This document shows, piece by piece, positions 54,305 to 64,000 of a stretch of DNA of 64,000 nucleotides. Every line of letters begins with the position of its first letter. Within the stretch, counting starts at the first letter, position 1. The stretch is from Octopus vulgaris (lineage: Eukaryota), in assembly GCA_951406725.2 (NCBI GenBank), contig OX597831.1, positions 28,334,001 to 28,398,000 of the forward strand. Reading direction: 5' to 3'. The position numbers and the translations under genes are program-made. A model generated the notes under the pieces. It had not been told where the DNA came from. It was given only the letters and a program-made list of their open reading frames with translations, and did not search any database.

Positions 54305-54406
<102 letters not shown>

Positions 54407-54461
54407 CGTATGTGTGTGTTGTGTGTATGTATGTATGTATATTCATGTCTGTATGATGTAT

Positions 54462-54587
<126 letters not shown>

Positions 54588-55220
54588 ATATGTATATAAC
54601 AGAACGGATAAATCTATATTTGATTGTTATAGATATTTAAGGAGTTTTTTTTCTTTTGTAAATTTGCAGGTTCAATTAACAGCTTTTGAAGAGACAAACT
54701 TCCCGCATAGAATGCTTTCAACATAGAGACACGACACATCTTCCCTAATCATATACACGTTCAATGTATCAAAACCAGCTCTCTTTATATCAGAATCAAC
54801 GTAATAGGCGTGTAGGTTAAAGACACAGAGAGAGAGAGAGGCAACACGGGTCATCACTACAATTCTTTTAACGTATGCTTTATGTTTAAGAGTTGGCGAT
54901 GGGAATTAGCTGTACTTATTGATTCCTTCTTATATATGATGCGAAGGAAAATCACATTTGTATTTGAAGCCTAGGAGCATTAAGGTAATCAATGCTTTAT
55001 TAGTTTGTTTCATGTTAAAGACAACAGTTCGTCGTTACACGGACGTGTTTGTGATGAATATAAGGAAAACAGGTCCTAACATTTAACCCGAGAGATGACA
55101 ATGTTTACAAAACGCTGGTATAAAGAACGTTTCATCATCTATTCATCAACATCCCTACGTACTTATTACCAGTGCATACATACATACGTACGTACGTACA
55201 TACATACATACATACATACA

Positions 55221-55256
<36 letters not shown>

Positions 55257-55274
55257 TACATACATAATTATCTA

Positions 55275-55323
<49 letters not shown>

Positions 55324-55474
55324 ATATGCGTGCACACAGATATATATTTACATATATTTACACACACACGAACATATATACACACACGAAGGTAATTATG
55401 TTTGTACGTGTGTGCAATTGAATATATATGTGTGTGTTTGTATATATATATATATATGTACATTTATATATGTA

Positions 55475-55512
<38 letters not shown>

Positions 55513-55522
55513 CATGTATATG

Positions 55523-55603
<81 letters not shown>

Positions 55604-55680
55604 CTAATTGAAAAGTCTATTTGTCTGTCTGTAGGTATAATAGGTTATGATTGTGTGTGTATAATACATACGAGCATGCT

Positions 55681-55724
<44 letters not shown>

Positions 55725-55747
55725 TACATATGTATACATATATATGT

Positions 55748-55779
<32 letters not shown>

Positions 55780-56330
55780 TCATATATATATATATATACA
55801 TACATACATACAAACAGACAAAGAGCAATACGTTTTTTAAAGTGAACAAATGAAAGAAACCTGCACTTTACATTGTGTGAAGTGTAATCCTATTTGTTCG
55901 TCTGAAAGCCGTATGCAATCTCAGCTAATATAGATAAGTTTATATACACTCTGTTTCTTATATTGAGTTACATGTCTGCAGTTCGTAAAACTAAACCTGC
56001 CTACCCACCCACCCACACACACGCACGCACACACACACACACACACATACACACACATGCTTTTTCTAACACACACACGCGTGCACACAGGCATTCGGCT
56101 TAATGAAACTACGCTTTGATTTGCATAAAAAAAATACTTGTATACATAAAGTAGAATATGTAACTATGGCCTTCATGCATTTGTAATTATTCAAACAATT
56201 GGATTTGAGAAGTAGCGTGACAATATATAAGCACGAATATTTACAAATGCATCAAAATATGAATAGTCAACAGTACACCGAGATATGATTGGTAGCCGAA
56301 AAATTTCTTAAAGAATGCATCATGCATTGA

Positions 56331-56401
<71 letters not shown>

Positions 56402-57333
56402 CGAAAGAGAGAAAGAGAAAGGGAGATAGAGATAGAGAGAGAAAGTGAGAAGGGTGGATGTATTGTACCTTCAAGAATGGTTAATGCAAGGTCATGAATA
56501 TGCTATGCTGCTCTAATCTAATCGAGTATAAGACATAAGAACTAATGATTGATTAATTGGTGAGTCCAAGGGAAGTAACTGAATTTACAAGGAACAAGTA
56601 ACTTAGATGTCATATTGCCTCACTCTTCTAGTCCCAAGATGTCCATAGAATAAACACCACCCAAAATAGTCATAATAAATTTATTGAGCTTGATGAGTTG
56701 CTTAGAGTTGGCAGTACGAAATCATGCTCTGCGGCGTAAATTCATTGATCGAGTCCCGCGCTACGGACTACAATATTTGAAGATTAAATGTATAAGTATT
56801 TGAGTGCAAAAATGTTTGTGTAAAGACCTAATCCAGCCATCAATTGAACATACAATCTGTGAATTTAACTGAGACTGATTTCATCATAAAATAGATATTT
56901 CTATGCTAACAAAATTACGCGAAAAGAGTGTACATATAATTATTTACTCATATAATTATTTACTCAGGGAAAACAATGTCACACGGATATCTCCATTCAC
57001 CGTGGGGCTCCTTCATATGCATGGCTTAACTCTAGGACCTAGAGTCTAGGAGCTCACAAATGTTAAGACAGTGCATAAATGTTTGAATTCAAAAGGCTTT
57101 GAGCGCAAGGGTGGAACCCAAATTATTGCTGAATATACAACTTGTCAATGTAAATGAATTTATTAGCTGCCCTTCCTTTAAGAAATACTATATGACCGGC
57201 AAAAAGATTTTAGCCATTCGTCGATTTTTCTTTTTCTTTTCTAATTGATTTCCCTGCTTTTTTGTAAATATGTATAGAAATCCCATTGTTTGCGATGAGC
57301 TGTAATTTCAGTTTAATAAAACACAACATTGAA

Positions 57334-57486
57334 ACACTCACCGGTAAAATTTCCACTTATTTCTTATTTTTATTTTCCTAAAATTTTCGTTGCGTCTTGC
57401 AGACTATTGAAAAGGTTGCAAGAAACAACGAAAATTTTAGGAAAATAAAAAAAAGAAATAAGTGGAAATTTTACCGGTGAGTGTGT
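57334..57486. repeat. ~68-bp-arm palindrome (foldback/MITE-like)
   Basis: ACACTCACCGGTAAAATTTCCACTTATTTCTT...CCTAAAATTTTCGTTG and its reverse complement, with a ~15-nt spacer. Confidence 0.85.
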
Positions 57487-57655
57487 TACATTATAAAGTA
57501 CAAAAAGAAAATGACTCTCCCCAAATACAACAGAATATGCTTCAACACACGAACTCATATAGGGAATCTTGCAAACCAAATCCAAAAACGAAACAACATT
57601 GAAAATTATTGAGGAAAAAGATTTCAATGACTTTACGTATGAGCAAGTCATTGGT

Positions 57656-58124
<469 letters not shown>

Positions 58125-58578
58125 CTCGAAATTCGATCAATAAATAGCTCGAAATTTTAGTATTATTACCAAACTGTGAATCACAATGTTAATGGGATTG
58201 GTTGATGCTTTTCACAGGGAAAAAGGGGCAGTTCACAGGGAAGTTCTGTAACATAGATGTGTAGTTGTCAAGGAAATTGTAAATTCTATGAATATGTCAC
58301 CATCTTGTATAGAAGTAATATTATGTAAGAACTTTCGATGGAAGTGAAACGTTGCAAGGAAGAAGCCAGTGATTTCAAAAGTTAATATGATCAAAAAGAT
58401 CAGTTAAATTAAAGGATTCTGCAACACGGAAGGCAAGTTTTGGTCATTGGTATGATAAAAGCAAATTGTACCAATTTTCCAATTCGCGTGGTTTAAGAAA
58501 ACTGAAAGAAGGGAGCAGAATTATGTGCGCTTACATATATATGTATTTATGCATAAATGTGTATGCAAGCACATACAC

Positions 58579-58656
<78 letters not shown>

Positions 58657-60224
58657 TCACACTCTCACACACACTCATGCACACACATGTACACTCACAT
58701 TTAGGCAGAAATATACACTTTAATACGTGTTTACAATCACACTATGCATATACACACCTGTAGCTCCTAACTTACTCTCACAAACAATCACGTACATATA
58801 CATACACATACACAAACATAAACACACACACACATACACATGCCCACACACACACACGCCCATACACACACACGCCCCCCACACACATACGCAGCATGAA
58901 AAAAACCCAGTAAAATTCCCAACAACAGTAGCAAAAATAAAGCAAGCCAATAAAACAAGAAGTAAAGCCTTATCGATAATCAGTGTGACTAAAGATGGCG
59001 TTGATATCGATTATCGATAATTGGTCACCCATTGCCCTACAACATTAACGGACTTCATTGTATTTTCCATTTTCCATGTATGACGTCATATATGATATAT
59101 CGTATCACTAGTTTGTAACGAACCTTGTTGTTGTTGTTCTTATTGTTTATTTCTCCCCATCAACACTTATCTAACAGGCCTTTGATCAGAGACAATCAAA
59201 CCGTGACCTTCCACTTTGAATCCAGAACCATAGCACTCCAACGCTTCGATCTTATCTAAGATAGCAAAGTTTGATTTGAAGGAAATTTAACTACTATTTC
59301 TAGCAGTTTACTGAGCTGCCATGTCAGCCTAAACCCAAAGAAGCCTCTCACCTTCTCCTCATCTTTTTTGTTTTGTTATTCACCGATATTTTCTTCTCCT
59401 TTCGTATGTCACCTTCACTCTCACTCACACGCTCTTCCCCTCCCCTGTTCTTTCCCCGTACCTTCCGGATGAGACAATCATTTCAATTTCTCACTTCTCC
59501 CCAAAACACTTATCAAACATTGGTTTCCTATAAATATTACATAATGACATGCACAACATGCAGAAATCAATGAAATCCGAAGAAAGCAACGCTTTTCCAT
59601 AACAAAGCTATTCTGTAAGGGTGTCAGGTTCGTTAAGATAGCCTTGTCTTTTTGTATATGCTTTATTGGATATCGTTTCAGTTTTACATTCGTTGATTCA
59701 ACATTCACAATATAATGGTTTCATATAAATATTTTATATAACAAGACCAGCTGTAATCATGCAATTAGGCAATTATATAGCGCGAACAATGAAACATTAA
59801 ATCTATGACACAAAACGAGGTAAGAAAACAATAATAAGAACAACAACATTAGCAATGATAACAATAACAGCAGAATGAACATCACAGCTTGTGTAATAAG
59901 GTATTTTAAAACCGTGTAATATGTTCTCCGTGTTTTGTCTTCTCTTCACGGGTTTTCTTCGATAGAACTGTTCAAATGTTCACCCGTCCTCGATGAATTT
60001 ATGATATACTGCATTTGTATTAGTTTTATACAAAATGTCATATATTAACATAAAAAATATGGAAATATGGCCACCACTGCTGACTTTATTCAAGTTCGAA
60101 ACGCTCAGTGTTCGTTGGGTGCCGTCTCCGTGACACTGAGTACCCCAGGTCAAAGCTATATTCACCGAAGGTGAATGAAGTTTCATCTATATATGTTAAG
60201 TATATATCATTCCACACGCACACA

Positions 60225-60278
<54 letters not shown>

Positions 60279-60398
60279 AACACATACACACATACACACA
60301 CAAACACAGAGGCACCCATGCACAAGCCGCATATATGAGAGATAAGGATAAAAACATTTGTATAATAGTTCCTACATGCATTTGACCTACCTACCCAC

Positions 60399-60491
<93 letters not shown>

Positions 60492-60493
<2 letters not shown>

Positions 60494-61587
60494 GGCACCG
60501 CGAGTGTCGCGTTGCTCTCAAGCAACTCTGCCGTCCTGGGTCGACCTTGAGTGACTTCAACACAACCAAAGCATTCTATAGGGGTTTAGTGGAGGGGAGG
60601 TACGACGACGAGCTCGGGGCGAACCTGGACGTCGACGAGGAGTACCTGACCCGCCTGTTCAGGACGACTTTCGGGCCAGGGCCGATGGACAACTTCCAGA
60701 GATCCCTGGCCTGGCAGTGCTACCGAGAAGCGCTACCCGTTCGGGATAAGCTCTACAGACACGGCTCGAGAAACACGGGGCCGACCTGCCCGAGATGCGG
60801 TCAGAGCGACGAAACCGTTCTGCACGCACTCGTGCAGTGTCCAACAATTTCCGACCTGTGGGCTTATGTCGAACAACTGCTGTCACGTGTAGGACGAGTC
60901 GGTTTATCAGCTGAGTCTATCGTCAATATTGTCACGCCTCCTTCCTTCAAACGGGAAGGAAGAGCTATTTTCATCATCCTTGTGGCTATGGCGAAAGAAT
61001 GTATCTGGTGGACGCGTCTGAAAGGATTGGAGACAAACACTTTCCTCTCTGGTCAATCTCTCATCAACTTCTTCAAGTACCACTTGAAAAGGAAAGTGAG
61101 AGTAGAGAGGCAAGTTTTGTCTAGCGAATGTTTTAAAAAAAGATGGGTGAATGTAGCAAGAATGGCACGTATGAATGACGAAGCCACCTTGAGCATGATC
61201 CTATGAACCCAGAAATTGAAAACAGAGAGTTGCTTATTCGCAAAAAAAAAAAAAAAAAGAAATATAACATGTGACTCCATTGACCGAGGTTACTGTGGTC
61301 TTTTCCGTAGGCTTTTCTTTCCACGGGTAAACCTCACCTGTCCTCCCCTTTACACTTCATATTGACATTTCTGTGATAACGATCCCTATTGATCAATTCT
61401 TTTTTTTTTTTTTTCCTCTCCCCTTTTTTTAACCCCCTTTTTTTTTGTCCTCTTTCTCTCCTTTTACGATCCCTTTTGATCGAAACTCCCCCTTCCTTTT
61501 TTTTTTTTTTTTAAACCTTCAAAAGAAAAGCTCTACCTTGTAATTTGTTCTATCTGTGTGCAGCCCTGTGTGGCTAATAAAGAAACA
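60492..61587 (+). mobile_element. 5'-truncated Tx1/L1-clade LINE (ORF2 C-terminal zinc knuckle and 3' UTR) in (TATC)n
   Basis: WQCYREALPVRDKL...CPRCGQSDETVLHALVQC...LW (zf-RVT-type CCHC), open to the stop at 61206; T-rich 3' UTR, AATAAA, then (TATC)n. Confidence 0.85.
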
Positions 61588-61695
61588 TATCTATCTATTT
61601 ATTTATCTATCTATCTACCTTTCTACCTTTCTATCTACCTACCTACCTACCTACCTACCTACCTACCTACCTACCAACCTACCAATCTATCTGTC

Positions 61696-61772
<77 letters not shown>

Positions 61773-62011
61773 ACACAGAGGCATACACGCACAAGCCGCA
61801 TATATGAGAGATAAGAATAAAAACATGTTTGTATAATTGTTCTTACGTGTATTTCATCTACGTATGTATGTATGTATGTATGTATGTATGTATGTATGTA
61901 TGTATGTATCTATCTATCTATCTATCTATCTATCTACCTACCTACCTTTCTACCTACCTATGTACCTACCAATCTGTCTGTCTGTCTCTCTCTCTCTATA
62001 TATATATATAA

Positions 62012-62042
<31 letters not shown>

Positions 62043-62493
62043 CATACATACATACATACATACATACATACATACATACATACATACATACATACATACA
62101 TACATACATACATACATACAGACATACATATATTCATACACACATATACACACACACATATCAATTTGCCACCATGTATATAACATCAGGAAATATGGCA
62201 TGCATACAATAATTTTAATTTAAATTTCATCAAATTTCTTGCTGCTTATACAAAAACGGTGACATGAAAACTAATTTTTAAAACGAAAAAATATTCATAA
62301 CCTTAAAATAAAATTAAATGAAGCAAATTTCTAATTCGTGTATATGCCATAAATATGTCATAATTTCTCATAGTCGCAACATACTCCGTTGGAAAGCTAT
62401 ATATTAAAAGTTTCATTAAAATATGTATAATTTCCACAAAGTTGTCATTGCCTACCGCTAAGGATGTATGAGTACACAGCCTATTCTGGTTAT

Positions 62494-62894
62494 TACTCTT
62501 TTACTCTTTTACTTGTTTCAGTCATTTGACTGCGGCCATGCTGGAGCACCGCCTTTAGTCGGGACTTATTCTTGTAAGCCCAGTACTTATTCTATCGGTC
62601 TCTTTTGCCGAACCGCTAAGTGACGGGGACGTAAACACACCAGCATCGGTTGTCAAGCAATGCTAGGGGGACAAACACAGACACACAAACACATACACAC
62701 ACACACATATATATACATATATACGACAGGCTTCTTTCAGTTTCCGTCTACCAAATCCACTCACAAGGCATTGGTCGGCCCGGCATTGGTCGGCTATAGC
62801 AGAAGACACTTGCCCAAGATGCCACGCAGTGGGACTGAACCCGGAACCATGTGGTTGGTTAGCAAGCTACTTACCACACAGCCACTCCTGCGCC
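62494..62894 (-). mobile_element. SINE family B
   Basis: Aligns with 6417-6800. Confidence 0.9.
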
Positions 62895-63122
62895 TATGTT
62901 AACTTTCTCTGTATCTCTCTTTTGTCCTGTCTCTCATTCTCTCTACGATATCAAGCGTAGCTGGAGAAACCAACCAATCAACCAATCAACCAACCGAACA
63001 GCATTTATATCGGCTATTTGATCTTCAGAAACGGAGAGGTTAGTAAAAACGAAAACAAAAAAAAAAAGAAGAAAAAATCTAACACGTTATCTTTAATCCA
63101 GTATTCGTGCCTATCTAATTAT

Positions 63123-63553
63123 ACTCTTTACTCTTTTACTCTTTTACTTGTTTCAGTCATTTGACTGTGGCCATGCTGGAGCACCGCATTTAGTCGAGCG
63201 AATCGACCCCAAGACTTATTCTTTGTAAGCCTAGCACTTATTTTATCAGTCTCTTTTGCCGAACCGCTAAGTTACGGGGACGTAACCACACCAGCATCGG
63301 TTGTAAAGCGATGTTGGGGGGACAAACACAGATACACAAACACACACACATATATATATGCATACATACATACATACATAGATATATACGACGGGCTTTT
63401 TTCAGTTTCCGTCTACCAAATCCACCCACAAGGCTTTGGTCGGCCCGAGGTTATAGTAGAAGACACTTGCCCAAGGTGCCACGCAGTGGGACTGAACCCG
63501 GAACCATGTGGTTGGTAAGCAAGCTACTTACCACACAGCCACTCCTACGCCTA
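63123..63553 (-). mobile_element. SINE family B
   Basis: Aligns with 6417-6800; (TACTCTTT)n tail on the plus strand. Confidence 0.9.
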
Positions 63554-64000
63554 TGATCATGACTGTTAAGCAATGGCCGAAAGAATACGATCGCGAATGT
63601 AAGCGGTAGAAACAGAATATACAGATGTATTGTATAACGCTATTCATAAAATATATCCTATTATTATTATATAATGTTATACATAAGATATAGTATATGC
63701 TTAATGCTATAGAAATCGTTGGTAAGAGAGGAGTAAAGCGCAGAGACAAGCTGTGACATGAATAGTGAACTACAGCCAGTCTTTAACTGCTATCAGCTTT
63801 TGTCTGGGAAATGTTTTCTTTAGGAAATAAAACACAGCGGTTTTTATGCAATAATTGCATTTGATGGAAATGTACTTGATCACTGGTATCATCCTCAATG
63901 TCTTAGGCACCTGTGGACAGGAAAAAAACATCATCATCTTCATCATCATCCTCATCATCATCATCATCGTTGTTGTCGTCATCTTCGTCGTTGTCGTCGT

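Noticed and set aside
60358-61206. 282-aa ORF as a complete gene
   Set aside because: The N-terminus is (TATC)n in frame by chance; the rest is a truncated LINE ORF2 end.

Overview
AT-rich eukaryotic non-coding DNA saturated with microsatellites and transposon debris. The SINE families and repeat content recall an octopus (cephalopod) genome; this is from recognition, not a search. I could not support any host protein-coding exon, and most of the ORF track is translated (TA)n/(CA)n/(TATG)n/(TATC)n/(AAT)n. Real coding remnants: an RTE-clade LINE (0.1-1 kb), Dong/R4 RLE-type LINEs in (AAT)n tracts (best copy 22.9-25.0 kb), a Penelope GIY-YIG endonuclease (42.6-43.1 kb), a Tx1/L1-type 3' end in (TATC)n (60.5-61.6 kb), two mariner relics and a maT/Tc1-like relic. 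There are also at least four tRNA-derived SINE families and Helitron ends. The main hidden signal is about a dozen hammerhead-ribozyme (HHR) motifs in Penelope-like termini. These include one canonical type I motif (44.4 kb), a family with a recurrent A6U core change, a tRNA-headed SINE-like element ending in an HHR (26.7-27.8 kb) and a 356-bp retrozyme-like unit (42.2-42.6 kb). At 18.27-18.33 kb a complete set of hammerhead strands occurs in an order matching none of types I/II/III. All RNA structures were paired by eye and none is shown to be active.
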